A program made the position numbers and the translations under genes. From positions 124,682,001-124,746,000 of the forward strand of contig OX597814.1 in the NCBI GenBank assembly GCA_951406725.2: a stretch of DNA of 64,000 bases, read 5' to 3'. The DNA is from Octopus vulgaris. Lineage: Eukaryota. The notes beneath the pieces were generated by a model. That model ran no database searches and was not told the DNA's origin. It saw nothing but the letters and a program-made list of their open reading frames with translations. This document shows positions 1-12,930 of the stretch, piece after piece. Numbering within the stretch: position 1 is the first letter of the stretch; each line of letters starts with the position of its first letter.

Positions 1-391
1 GTAAAAGAATAACATACAATAAAGCTACCATCCGCAAAACTCTGAGTAGTATTCGAGCGGTTATGAAAGGATATAGTTTATGGCAACTGGCAGAAGCGTT
101 AGAGCGTCGGACAAAATATCCAGCGGTATTTATTCCAGCTATTTGATTTCTGAGTTCATTACAACGCCTTGAAATATTTGTTTCAGCTGTCAGTATTCTG
201 AGTTCAAGTTTCACCGCGGACTACATGAGTTCTAGACTTAATCCGCCAGCTACCTTAGTATCACGTGGCCCTTGAGAACCTTTAGCAAAAGCCTCCTGCT
301 GTAAGCATTAAGATCAGAGGTTTTCTTCCCACCATTCTTGAAGGTCCTAAAATGTACGTTCGGGCACTGCTTTTCTCCTTACTAAGCGATA

Positions 392-631
<240 letters not shown>

Positions 632-633
<2 letters not shown>

Positions 634-1177
634 CCCTGATGCAGTACCAGGCAGTGGCTCTCATGGCTTCTGATCTTAACTGATTGGAAGTGTTATCATG
701 TACGTTGTTTTGTCTTGGTATAAAAGATGGGCGACAGCAAATATTCTGCTCAATACCACAGATTAGCTTGTCAGTTGTTTGACCTTAACCAGTTGAGCAT
801 GTCCCTTAGTGGCTGATGATATGTGTATCTCTGATCACGAGCTGAAGTAGTGGGGGAGCATCATAGCCATGTGTTGAAGGGGATTCTTTGAGGTTGGATA
901 ATTCACCTCTGGGTGTTTCATTCAACATCCTTAAACAACCCTTATTCAGGGACCTTTTGAGTGGGATGGGTTTCTCGAAGTGAAGAAATTTCTTACTGGG
1001 CCCCACCTGTAAGGTCATGTGCTGTTTATCTTGATATGAGACCACCATTTCGCGCACATATGGTGGTGATGCATATGCCTGGTATACCCTTATCAGACGG
1101 GTAGTCATGATGGGTATACTGGGCTTCGTATATTTTACCCCAGTGTCACTTTGATGGCATGCAGTGCTCTCTCACTC

Positions 1178-1178
<1 letters not shown>
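632..1178. mobile_element. Non-coding interspersed repeat embedded in (AAT)n, possibly a non-autonomous derivative/UTR of an (AAT)n-targeting retroelement
   Basis: A ~550-bp complex, higher-GC block with sharp (AAT)n boundaries on both sides and no credible ORF. The family assignment is inference. Confidence 0.4.
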
Positions 1179-1213
<35 letters not shown>

Positions 1214-1264
1214 TAATAATAATAATAATAATAATACGCCATAAACTGTATATATATATATATA

Positions 1265-1639
1265 CTAGCAGTATCGCCCGGCGTTGCTCAGATTTGTAAG
1301 GGAAATAACTATAAAGTATTTTTAGAGAGTTATAGCCAAAAAATAGCAAAAAAATGGAAAAAATGATGGTAAATTTTTTTTTGAGATTTAAAAAAGGTGG
1401 AGTTGCGTCCCCTAGACAGTTTGTGGTTCGTGTTTCTGATTCTCGACCCCATGTCGAATTTATCGATATTTTTCAGAACTGGGGGAACTTTTCAAAATTT
1501 TCGCTGCGTTAGTTTTGAATTATGACATTGGGCTATGTGTGTGTCTAGTTTCATCAGAATCGGTTGAAAGCCGTGGTCAGGGTGAGGGTACAAGCAAACA
1601 GACACACAGAAACACGCACAGACAAACTGCCGTTTATAT

Positions 1640-1640
<1 letters not shown>
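1265..1640 (-). mobile_element. Non-autonomous Helitron-like element
   Basis: The minus strand ends ...GAGCAACGCCGGGCGATACTG-CTAG|T, a GC-rich subterminal hairpin remnant plus CTAG before T. The 5' end has CTGT-type repeats merging into (TA)n. Confidence 0.65.
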
Positions 1641-1677
<37 letters not shown>

Positions 1678-2069
1678 GGCGCAGGAGTGACTGTGTGGTA
1701 AGTAGCTTGCTTACCAACCACATGGTTCCTGGTTCAATTCCACTGCATGGCACATTGGGCAAGTGTCTTCCAATATAGCCTTGTGAGTGGATTTGGTAGA
1801 CGGAAACTGAAAGAAGCCTGTCGTATATATGTATATATGTGTGTGTGTGTGTGTGTTTTTGTGTGTCTGTGTCTGTCCCCCTAGCATTGCTTGACAACCG
1901 ATGGTGGTGTGTTTATGTCCCCGTCACCTAGCGGTTCGGCAAAAGAGACCGATAGAATAAGTACTAGGCTTCCACAGAATATGTCCTTGGGTCGATTTGC
2001 CCGACTAAAATCGGTGCTCCAGCATGGCCGCAGTCAAATGACTGAAACAAGCAAAAGGGAGAGTGAAGA

Positions 2070-2070
<1 letters not shown>
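1678..2070 (+). mobile_element. tRNA-derived SINE, family A
   Basis: Pol III A/B-box-like head (GTGTGGTAAG...GGTTCAATTCC), internal (TA)/(TG) tract and GAGTAAAA-type tail. Near-identical copies occur at 38836, 49581 and 57975. Confidence 0.85.
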
Positions 2071-2122
<52 letters not shown>

Positions 2123-2680
2123 CATACATGCAAAAACATCGTTTCCTTCCAAAGTAAATATAGAACGCAATTGCTTTATAAAAACAAATAAGAAGCAGAC
2201 GAAAATAGTGCAAAAATAAAATGGCCTGCCAAAGTTGATACTGGAGGTGCCAAGAGATACGAGCTTTGTTTGGCAGAGAAATTCCATATCTTGGCAGAGA
2301 AATGCAGTCTATTAAAAAAAAAAAACAGATAAAAAAAACAACAGACTGTAATCCAGAGACTGTTTCCAGATATTTAGAAATCTATACTGACCAATCAGAG
2401 AATACGCGAAGAAACTGTGCCATAAATTCTTAAAAGCTTTCAGTACATTAATGAAGCAAATAGTTGACCACTGGACAACCTTTTGCGAGAATTTGAACGA
2501 AGTAAATCAATGACGGAATCATATAAGTTTTCTTTTAAGTGGTCACTTATTTGTCTGTCTCAGCTAAGCACAGCTACTCCCAGCACTATAACAGCAACAA
2601 CTGCTGTTTATACAACAACTACTGCTACTGCTGCGGCTTCTGCTGCTACTACAGCAACAGCTAAGTATATGTATATGTAC

Positions 2681-2721
<41 letters not shown>

Positions 2722-2724
<3 letters not shown>

Positions 2725-5597
2725 CACAGCTCAGCATCGTCTACACCAACTCGTGCTCCTTATTCCCAAAGTTCAGTGAACTATTTACACTGGCCCTACG
2801 CGACTCCCCTGATGTGATAGCTATCACCGAGACTTGGCTGACTCCAGCAGTAAAGGACTCAGAGATCCACCTGCAGGGCTACGTCCTTTTCAGATGTGAC
2901 AGAGGAAAAAGGCGAGGTGGAGGTGTTGCTGTGTATGTTAAGTCTGAGCACAAACCGTCCTGCGGTATTCTACCCACAAATGCTCAACCTACAACCAAAT
3001 TCGATGCCGTCTATTGCAAGCTGAGCCTATCTGAGTTTTGCCTGCCCGTGTTGGCTGTCTACAGGCCGCCTCTAGCCGACCCCCAGGACGATGCTCATCT
3101 ACTCGAAGCGATAAGATTCGTTTCAGCTTCGCATGACTGCTTGGTACTAGGCGACTTCGACGCTCCCAAGATCGATTGGCCCGCATCAATTTGTACAACA
3201 TCTTCCCGGTTCGGCCAGGCCCTTCTTGACGTGGCTGAAGATTGTTTTCTATCGCAACATGTTGAATATCCGACAAGGCATCGGTCTGGGCAGCAGCCAT
3301 CTATGCTAGATCTGGTATTCTCCCGCTATCCAAGATCAGTGTCAGACGTATCTGTGTGCGCCCCTCTTGCCAAGAGTGATCATGCGGTCCTGAAGTTCGT
3401 CATGCACACAACTTTTTCCACGCCCACGATTACTTCGCTGCCACGTAGAGTCTTCTCTGCAATTAATCTTGAAATTCTAACCGAGGCTTCCGCGCTTCTG
3501 GACTGGCGTTCCCTGATGACGTTGTCCTCAGTTGACGAACTATGGTCATCCCTCAAAGCATATGTAATCTGTTTGACTGACCAGGCAGTTCCCGTTGGAC
3601 TTCCCAAGAGGAAGAAACACAAGCCCTGGGTGACGAAGAAGGTTAAACGAGAACGTCGACTCAGAGATATTGCTTGGGCTGAATTCAAAAATCTGGATTC
3701 GACTGCAGCTTTTGAGGTGTACAAAACTCAACGAGACCGAGCCGTGAAAATTGAAAAGAAAGAACGCTTCAGTTATGAATACAAAATCGCGGCAAATGCC
3801 AGTAGCAATCCAAAAACCTTCTTTGCCCATGTCCAGCGGAATTCCCGCTTGAACAACCAGATTGCAACGTTGGTAGACTCAACAGGCGTATCGATTGAGG
3901 ACCCTTATCAACAGAGTCAATTATTTGCCGAGGCTTTTTCAACTATTTTCAAACAAGATGATGGTCGTGAACCCCCTCCATTTGATAGATCGGTACCTCC
4001 AATGCTTCGATTGATCATCACGCGGGACCAAGTCAAACGTGTTATTCAAGGCCTCGATGTCAACAAGGGTCACGGCCCTGACGGCATACACCCACGGGTT
4101 ATCAAAGCGTTGGCTCCGGTCATCTGCGAGCCCTTAACACGACTATTCAATATGTCATTGGAGACGGGTGTTATACCTGCAGACTGGAGAACAGCGACAA
4201 TCTGCCCAATTTTCAAGAAAGGGAGCCGCGAAGACCCGCTTAACTACCGACCGGTTTCCATTACATCAATAATCAGCAAGATGTTCGAAACCATCCTTAA
4301 GAAAAGTATGATGCTCCACCTCCTAAACACAGCCTCGATCACTGATTCCCAACACGGCTTCGTGCCGAAGAGATCATGCTTGACCAACTTACTAGTAATG
4401 GAAGAATTGGTGACGCGCATCCTCGATGATAGTGATGCTGTTGACATCGTTTTATTGGACTTTGCCAAAGCTTTTGACTCGGTAAACCACCGCCTACTAC
4501 TTGTCAAGCTTCAAGCATATAGTTTCCATCCGGATATTGTACGATGGGTTGGTGCCTTCCTCTCAGATCGCTCCTTCCAAGTTCAAGTTAATGGTTCGCG
4601 GTCCGACGTCTCCAGTGCGAGCAGTGGCGTGCCTCAAGGTTCAGTGCTTGGGCCCTTGTTGTTCTTAGTCTTCATAAATGACTTGCCCGACGACCTCACG
4701 CAACACACCCTTCTATTTGCCGACGATATCAAACTGGTCGCTCCTCGCGGTAGTATAGAGGATCTTCGTCGATGCCTCCACCAAATTTGGAAGTGGTCTA
4801 ACGATTGGGACCTGTGTCTGAACGTGTCAAAGTGCTGTCATCTGCCTGTCGGCTCTACTCCTGCAACTCAACTTGATTTCGAGCCGGGTCGTCTGCTGCT
4901 GGAGAGGACCGATCAGGTAAAGGACCTGGGTATCTTGGTGGATTCCTCCTTTTCGCCTTCGGCCCAGTGCGTCCATGCTGCCAACAAAGCGCGCGGAATT
5001 CTGTTTTTGATTCGACGGTCATTCGGAATGCTCACAGCAGCCATATTCCTGCCACTCTATGTCACGTTGGTGAGACCCATATTGGAGTATGGGATTCAAG
5101 CCTCTTCTCCTTATCTCCTCAAAGACATACAGCACCTCGAAAGAGTCCAGAGGCTGGCTACCCGCATGGTTCATGGTCTCAAAAATTTGTCCTACGAAGA
5201 AAGGCTGAGGACGCTCGACCTTTGTTCTCTTGAAAAACGCCGCCGCCGTGGTGATCTCATTCTCGCCCACAACATCATAAGCGGGAAGTGTAACCTCTCG
5301 AAAGAGCTGTTCTTCACTCCTGCTCCGGAGCGTCGGCTGCGGGGTCATTCCGAAAAGCTCTACCTGCGACGATTTCATCTCAATCGAAGGAGAGGAGCTT
5401 TCTCCGTCCGGGTTGCGGATCCGTGGAACAAGCTGCCAGACGAGATGGTGAAGATGCCGACGACCGCTTTGTTCAAAGCCTCCCTGGACCTCAAGTGGCC
5501 TGAACTCTTTACATGAACACCACCCTGTACTTAACTCCATGTCCCCCTACATGGCCTTGCTATTTGCTTTTGAGCCAAATTAACTAACTAACTAACA
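2722..5597 (+). mobile_element. 5'-truncated CR1/L2-type LINE with (TAAC)n tail, inserted in (TA)n
   Basis: ORF2 is followed by a short 3' UTR ending in TAACTAACTAACTAAC, with (TA)n on both sides. Confidence 0.9.
2724..5516 (+). CDS. CR1/L2-type LINE ORF2 (AP endonuclease + reverse transcriptase), uninterrupted
   Basis: The frame is open upstream of the listed 2814 start (SQLSIVYTNSCSL...). APE motifs: ITETW, GGGVAVYV, YRPP, GDFD, LDL, SDH. RT motifs: GPDGI, NYRPVS, QHGF, DFAKAFDSV, GVPQGSVLGP, FADD. The C-terminus LERVQRLATR...RRRGDLI is CR1-like. Confidence 0.93.
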
Positions 5598-5600
5598 TAA

Positions 5601-5636
<36 letters not shown>

Positions 5637-5722
5637 ATATAAATAATATATGAATATATGCATATATACATACATATATGTACATACCTACATATATATA
5701 TATGTATATATACATGCATATA

Positions 5723-5997
5723 TGGGCACAGGATATCAAAAAAAGTTGAGCACAATGAGAAACGAAAGCATAAAGCAAAAACATAGAACGAACTTTTTTC
5801 GAACAACGAAAATAACAAACAGAGAAACGCGACATAAAACATAAAGGATATTCCCTTTCTTCAGTCGTCCCTGTTTCATCTACTCCACGTTATGAAGGCA
5901 AGGACAAGACGCGACTTCGTTGAAACAGTCTTTTCCCGCAAATCAAATTAAATAAAATTTGGAAATTTTGGCGGAGACAGTATAAGCACATTTTTTC

Positions 5998-5998
<1 letters not shown>
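5723..5998 (-). mobile_element. Short non-coding element in (TA)n, probable PLE terminal-repeat remnant
   Basis: A purine-skewed ~275-bp block bounded by (TA)n, with a layout like other solo-pLTR-type inserts in the window. It has CTGAAGA on the minus strand but no complete hammerhead. Confidence 0.35.
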
Positions 5999-6064
<66 letters not shown>

Positions 6065-6086
6065 AACATACATACATACATATATG

Positions 6087-6120
<34 letters not shown>

Positions 6121-6123
<3 letters not shown>

Positions 6124-6334
6124 TTCTTTACTACCCACAAGGGGCTAAACATAGAGGGGACAAACAAAGGGATTAAGTCGATTATATCGACCCAGTGCGA
6201 AACTGGTACTTTATTTATCGATCCCGAAAGGATGAAAGGCAAAGTCGTCCTCGGCGGAATTTGAACTCAGAACGTAATGACAGACGAAATACCGCTAAGC
6301 ATTTCGCCCGGCGCGCTAACGTTTCTGCCAGCTC
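6121..6334 (-). mobile_element. tRNA-derived SINE, family B (Meta-domain-like core)
   Basis: Reverse complement of GAGCTGGCAGAAACGTTAGC...GAGTTCAAATTCCGCCGAGG..GACTTTGCCTTTCATCCTTTCGGG..CGATAAA. Many copies in the window. Confidence 0.85.
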
Positions 6335-6561
6335 ATATGTGCGTGAGCATTGTGAAGTTTAAGTTTTTTTACACAAATAAAATTATATTAAAAAGCAAGA
6401 CGAAATTGCTTTCAGTATTTTATCATGAATATACGTAAGATAGTAGATGCATGCTTTAAAATAAGCAACCGGCTTCATTCACTTTAAAACGATGATATAG
6501 TCATGCTGAAATGAAAGGGAAAAATATATATGGATAAAAAATGAAATTAAACAGTCATTAT

Positions 6562-7021
6562 ATTACATGGAGAAATGCGAGCATGAAAAGTCATATTCTT
6601 AAAATTATAAACTTGGAAAAGTACAAGGCAAGTTATTACATCTGGAAAAGTACAGGACAAGTTATCATTTCTAGTAAAATAAAGAATAAGAAATTTTTAA
6701 CTTAAAATATTGCAGCAAAGAATGCCAGTTCTTCTAGTTTATCACTCTTTACAGTTCTCATCTTTTAAATTTATTGTACAAAACTGTTCAGCTAATTTGT
6801 AATTTTGTCTAATTAGTAACTTTTTCTGTATTTAAGGTTGTAAAATAGCCACATTCTACTTAAATAAGTATAGTGTTATTTGTAAACTATAATAAAATAA
6901 GTTTTAATATTCAAATAATAGCTTGTCCCATGCTTTTACAGGTGTAATAACTTGTCCTGTAATTTTCCAGGTTTATAATCTTAAGAATATAACTTTTCAT
7001 GCTCGCATTTTTCCATGTAAT
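6562..7021. mobile_element. Foldback/MITE-like element with ~100-bp imperfect terminal inverted repeats
   Basis: ATTACATGGAGAAATGCGAGCATGAAAAG... (6562-6665) is the reverse complement of ...CTTTTCATGCTCGCATTTTTCCATGTAAT (6918-7021). The arms contain internal direct sub-repeats. Confidence 0.75.
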
Positions 7022-7455
7022 CCATGATTTTCCCAGGTATTGCTGTTATAAGATAATAATGTGTCAATTAATAATTTAGGATTTTACCTTATATAATATT
7101 GAAAGATAATATTTAAATTTTTCCATGTAAGTGATGATAATATTTCAATTTTTTTGCATGTTTAATTTAAATATACGTTGTGATTGAGTTATCTGATATT
7201 ACCCATCCACACCAAATTAATGGCAGGGATTTTTACCATGTTGTTGGTTGCATCATGGCTCACCAAAAGTTACAAACAACAAGACCCCAAAACCATCAGT
7301 TACCAGGCTTACCTTAATTAACCCAATTTTGCAATAATAGTAGGTCACAGGAATTCATTCAGTGAAAAAACATTCCAATGATTTCGGGATTTCGACTGTC
7401 TTTACGTTTAGAATTCAAATTTCGCCGGTATTTCGTGCTAATTATATATAGCACG

Positions 7456-7532
<77 letters not shown>

Positions 7533-7537
<5 letters not shown>

Positions 7538-7632
7538 AAAGATTACGAAAAAACAAAAGACGAAGACAGGTGGTGTACAAAACAAACATATGTATTAGTA
7601 TAACGCTCACGAATAGAAAAGTCTTTTACGTT
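7533..7632 (-). mobile_element. Truncated PLE terminal repeat (pLTR end) in (TA)n
   Basis: Homologous to the terminus at 43296 and 17645 (ACAAAAGACGAAG.CAGGTGG...TGTATTAGTAT..CGCTCA). It breaks off at TTACGTT, the hammerhead cleavage region. Confidence 0.65.
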
Positions 7633-7636
7633 ACAC

Positions 7637-7733
7637 TAGGGGTGTATGAAAAGTTTTGAGCCTTGAAGTCTTGTATCTTCATCAGAATTCTTGTATCATT
7701 TTTTTTAGGCTCAAGACTTTTCATACACTCCTA
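7637..7733. mobile_element. ~100-bp mariner-type MITE
   Basis: TIRs TAGGGGTGTATGAAAAGTTTTGAGCCT / AGGCTCAAGACTTTTCATACACTCCTA. Confidence 0.75.
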
Positions 7734-7736
7734 TAC

Positions 7737-7768
<32 letters not shown>

Positions 7769-7889
7769 TGTATGTATGTATGTATGTATGTATGTTATTG
7801 TTGTTGTCGTTTTGATAAATAAATAAATCAACATTTTAATATCCTAAAGCTGATGAACCAACTAATGTGCTTCTCCATTTTCTGATTTG

Positions 7890-7926
<37 letters not shown>

Positions 7927-8004
7927 ATACACACGTGTAGGCAAATAAATGCAAAAGAAAGTGGCAAAAATAATATTCGAATACCGAAGGCGAGTAATAT
8001 CCTT

Positions 8005-8148
8005 TTATTAAACTGAAAAAAGTCTTCACAAAATATTACTAAGTTTCACATTACCTTTCGTGGGACAGTTGTGATCAGAAATGTGCGAGCAAAAGGTAAT
8101 GTGAAACTCCGTGTAACAATTTGTGAAGACATTTCAGCTTTACTGAAG
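8005..8148. repeat. Imperfect palindrome (~55-bp arms)
   Basis: GTCTTCACAAAAT..AGTTTCACATTACCTTT pairs with AAAGGTAATGTGAAACT..ATTTGTGAAGAC. Confidence 0.75.
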
Positions 8149-8720
8149 TATATATATTATGTGTATATGTGTGTATATAAATTATGTTTACATATGTCTG
8201 TGTGTGTGTGTGAACGTGAGTGTGTGCACACGCGCGCGCCTGTGTGAGTGTATGTGTGTCTGTGCGTGCCTCTGTGGGTGTGCGTGTGTGCGTGTGTGTG
8301 TTTGTGTGTTTGTGTGCGCGGCGTATTTATTAATTGATTAATCAGTTAGTTATGAATGGCAATCTCTGGAGGAAGCTGTTCTGCAACTTCTTACTGAAAA
8401 ACCTTCACGGATGGTTTGTTTATAGTGACCAAATGTTTGTGCTTGCCCTCTCCATCGAATGGGCGTTGCCTGAACAGGTGCACGGTGTGCTTCACGTGAA
8501 ATGTCAAAGTGACCACAGGTCTTCCCGAGATGAAGTGCTATACTCAAAAACACAACGCGCAAAAGTCTTAAGAACACACACACAAATGCACAAAAGTCTT
8601 AGAAACAACAGAAATAAGACTAAGCTTGAAATTTGTCTAGAAGCACCATATATATTGTTCCTGCTTTTTATCCACTTGTTTAATTAAAATATCTATGTGT
8701 ACGTATACGTGCACGAGGGT

Positions 8721-9188
8721 GGAGGCGCGTGGTTTAGTGGTTCGGGTGTCAGCATCATGATCGTAAGATTGTGGTTTCGATTCCTGGACTGGGTGACGTG
8801 TTGTGTTCTTGAGCAAAGCACTTCATTTCACGTTGCTCCAGTCCACTCAGCTGGCAAAATGAGTAACGCTGCGATGGACTGGCACCCCGTCCAGCTGCGT
8901 AACACATACGCCATTGAAACCGGGAAACCGGGGCCATGAGCGTGGCTAGGCTTTAAAAGGGCACAGATGGAGGCGCGTGGATTAGTGTTTCGGGTATCAG
9001 CATCATGATCGTAAGATTGTAGTTTCGATTCCTGGACCGGGCGACGCGTTGTGTTCTTGAGCAAAACACTTCATTTCACGTTGTTCCAGTCCACTCAGCT
9101 GGCAAAAATGAGTAACGCTGGTGAACACATACACCATTGAAGCCGAGAAACCGGGCCCATGAGCCTGGATAGGCTTTAAACGGGCGCA
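8721..9188 (+). mobile_element. Tandem dimer of tRNA-derived SINE, family C
   Basis: Two copies (8721-8963, 8969-9188) with GGCGCGTGG.TTAGTG and GGTTTCGATTCC boxes. An imperfect flanking duplication ATACGTG(C/T)AC(G/A)AGG lies at 8705 and 9194. Confidence 0.85.
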
Positions 9189-9202
9189 AGAAGATACGTG
9201 TA

Positions 9203-9994
9203 CAAGGTCTGATTAATAAGTATCCGGTCTGTTGTCATAATAACGAAGCTAAAGCACGCAGAGTACAGCCGCTTGGCACAAATTTACCTTGCAGTCTGCT
9301 GTGCCCTCTCACAATGTTTTAACGTTCTAGCTCACTTCCGCTGTTTACAGCAGTGCTTGAAAGGAAGGTGTGTAGCGTGTGATCGGCACGTTGACCATGT
9401 CAGAGAAAGTCGAGCAAAGAATCTGCATCAAATTTTACTGTAGGCTTGGTGATTGCTGCTCAGAGGTCTACGCTAAGTTTTAGGAAAGTTTTCATCTTTC
9501 TCGATGCAATCAAAGAGATCTTTTCCAACTGAAACCCGAGTGTCTTTTTGGTTAGCTGAAAGCAGTTTTGGCACAAACTTGGCGGACTCGCGTTTTATAA
9601 CCAAATCTTCAGTTATAATAGATTCAACTGAACCATCACTAATCTACACATCCTCTGATAACTCACGGATGCTGATTCGAAGATTTCCCTTCGCAGATGC
9701 ACGCACATCTATGATGTTTTTCTCAGTTTTTCTGGTTGTGGGTCTCCCAGAATGTTCAATATCGACATTTTTCGGCCATCTTGGAAACGTTTGAACAACT
9801 CGTACGCTTGTGTGCGGCTCATACACTCCTCTCCATACACTTTCTGCAACTTTGCGTAGGCCTCTGTGCAGGGATTAAAACTTAGTGCGCATGCACGGCA
9901 AAATTTAAGGTCGATCTGTGCCAAGCAACTTCACTCTGTGTGCTTTAGCTTCGTTGCTATGGTAACAGTCCGGATACTTATTGAACAGACCACG
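9203..9994. mobile_element. Mariner-derived element made of two inverted 5' ends
   Basis: TA-flanked, with ~90-bp inverted termini. A plus-strand MSEKVEQRICIKF fragment (9398) and minus-strand EAYAKLQKVYGEECMSRTQAYE / SGRPTT / AKFVPK fragments face each other. Confidence 0.8.
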
Positions 9995-10725
9995 TATGTT
10001 TCTTGTCATTCTCAGATATTCTATATATCATACACACGGTGCAATATAGCCACAGACACACATACTAACAGGCGTAGATACACACACAAGCATACACATG
10101 CATACATATACACACGCATAAATACACACACACACTCGTGGTGATTAACTCTTTATAGTTACATACCATAGTAAAAATGACTAAAGCAAATTTTAATAGT
10201 TCAACATCAAATTTTGTTACTCATAGTTGTAACGTTTTATTGTACTGTTCAAAGTATACAATGTATACATGTTTTAGATAATATATGGTACATTTAATGT
10301 ATATATTGAACAGTAGCAGAAAAATGTAAAATCTGGTGGAGAAAAAAATCACTTTTAGCTTCATATTACATGACAACCATATTTATACATGTGCACAAAC
10401 AAACACACACGTTCTTACTTATCGCGCGAGCCCTCTCTCTTTCTCTCTCTATCGCTCTTTCTCTCTCTCTCTCTCTTTTTCTCTCTCTCTATTTATTTAT
10501 GTCGGTGTATATATATATATATATATATATGTATAGTTATATACTTATTTGTGTGTATGTATTTATATAGGTATACACACACATGTATATGAATATACGT
10601 ACCTTTGTGCGTGTGTATATGTATTTATATAAATATATATATTTATATAAATAAATATATATATATATGTATATATATATATATGAATATATATATATGT
10701 ATATATATATATATGAATATATATG

Positions 10726-10759
<34 letters not shown>

Positions 10760-10782
10760 CGTGTGTGTGTGTGTGTATATAT

Positions 10783-10833
<51 letters not shown>

Positions 10834-11012
10834 AAAGGTATTTATAATATTTATCTAATATGTATGCGCATAATATATCCCATACACACAACACATACTT
10901 ATAAGAAAATACATCCGAGTGTGTCTATGTATGTGTGTGTATTTATATTTACACATATTCATACAGCATACATATATGTATATATATATGCATATATACA
11001 TATATATGTATG

Positions 11013-11044
<32 letters not shown>

Positions 11045-12153
11045 CATAGTTATATGAATTATGTATATATATATATTTATATATATTCATACTCTATATA
11101 TGCATAGAAATATATTCACACATACTCATATTTAAATACACATATCTTCAAACATACCTGTATATGTAAAACCCATCACTTGTTAATATTCACAGATATC
11201 CCCTATGTATAGGTAAATATGTGTGTATCAATACATTCATACACTGATCTAATATATACACTCATTGACATTTATACTCGCACATTCATATATAATACAT
11301 GCGTAGACGAAACTTTACTTACATGCGCAGTACACATGATTTATACATACTCCAGCACATACACTCATATATATATATATACATACACACATGCATACAT
11401 TCACACATACATACATCGCATACTCACACACGCACTTATATACATGCGCGCATATGTACATATGCATACTTGCACATATGTTTATATACAAGATTTTAAC
11501 CACCCTTGTCAACAATAGACCGACATGTTATTCTTTTTCTACTGTAGCGTTTTACTTAGATTTGTTTAATATACAGCTAACATGAAAATGAGATTACAAC
11601 TTTGACATGCCATAAAAATACACGTAACAGACAAACAATATAACATTGTGTCATCTTTTGTCTGTTGTTTATTTGATGTATCGTAAATGTGTTGTTTTCT
11701 CACTTTATTTACACCGATAGTGTAACTTTTCCATTATTAGTCAGTCAGAGGATGAGAGCGAAATGTGAGCGACACTTGTGCTTTACCGACTGATTGCACT
11801 TAAGTTACAATATGGAGTTTGCTTGTGTGCAATGTTTTGCTTAATAGATATCAGCGTTCCCTCATTGGACCAATGGCACAGCAATGCATAGTTTAAGCAA
11901 TATTGTGATGCATGTTGCCATTATTTCTGTTTCCTACTCAACTGCTCAAATGTATGGTGTAAAGCCTCTTAAATGTCAGACTGAGGTAGAAAGCTTTGTA
12001 TCTATCCAATATAGATATATACATGTATGTATATATCTATGCATATGTATGTGTGTATACATATATATTTATATATATCTAATACATACACGCATATATA
12101 CATACATATACATACATACACACACACAAGCGCAGGAGTGGCTCTGTGGTAAG

Positions 12154-12185
<32 letters not shown>

Positions 12186-12224
12186 AACTGAAAAAAGAGT
12201 GAGTGGCGTATGTGTGCATGTATA

Positions 12225-12930
12225 AAGACAATAAATAATGAAAAAAAGGAAAGCAGCACCGAAGGGCGAAGGTTTAACAAATATGGTATTATCTTCACGT
12301 TTTAATGGGGGAAAAAAGTACTTTAACGTTTCGGAAGTCAGTCCTTCATCGGAGGAAATAAAAGATGCATGCGAGAGTGAGAAATAACAAGGAAAACCGG
12401 GAACGAGAGGTTAGGAACCAAGTAGGAAGAAGGTAGTTCTATGAAGGAGGTGAGGATGGAGAAAAAGTGACCGCATATGTGCAAGTATAGGAGTGCATCC
12501 GTGTCTGGAAGTGGGCTTATGGAGAAGTGGGTATGAATGTATGAGTATGTATAGAAGTAGGAAAATGCAGAAGTGTAGTAGCGTAAGTTGGAAGAGTGTG
12601 AGAAGTTGGTATCTGTATAATTGTAAGTATGTGTGTGGGTGGAAAGCGTAGATGTAATAGGATGGAAGCTAGGGCGAATGTGAGAAGCTATGAGACGGAA
12701 TGAAGGTTTGAACGTAAAATAAGTAAAATTAGGGAGCCCTGTTAGAGAAGGGATGTTAAAGAATGAAGAATATCATTTAAGAATTAAAGGACATTGTCAA
12801 AAAGTCTTGAGAGGCTTGATAGAGTGTCCACAGGATGGTGAAGAAATAGTGTACAGAAGTTTTTGGTTAGACGACTACCAAGGTAAGAGGAATGTAGAAG
12901 CAGATGTGATTGGCATGTGTGCAGTTAACA
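12225..12930 (-). mobile_element. Degenerate PLE 3' remnant with hammerhead-like motif
   Basis: Minus strand CCGATGA-A-GGA(CTGACT)TCC-GAAA-CGTT at 12321-12356, followed by a purine-rich tract like the 3' UTR of the 43-47 kb element. Confidence 0.5.

Noticed and set aside
8721-8800. tRNA genes at SINE heads
   Set aside because: The A/B boxes continue into SINE bodies and no complete cloverleaf is evident.
11738-11797. Possible pre-miRNA hairpin (AGTCAGTCAG...CCGACTGATT)
   Set aside because: Pairing collapses after about 14 bp and no known mature sequence was recognised.
10336-12298. Numerous YI/CV/HT-repeat ORFs (also elsewhere in the window)
   Set aside because: They are artefacts of (TA)n, (TG)n and (TACA)n repeats, which lack stop codons.
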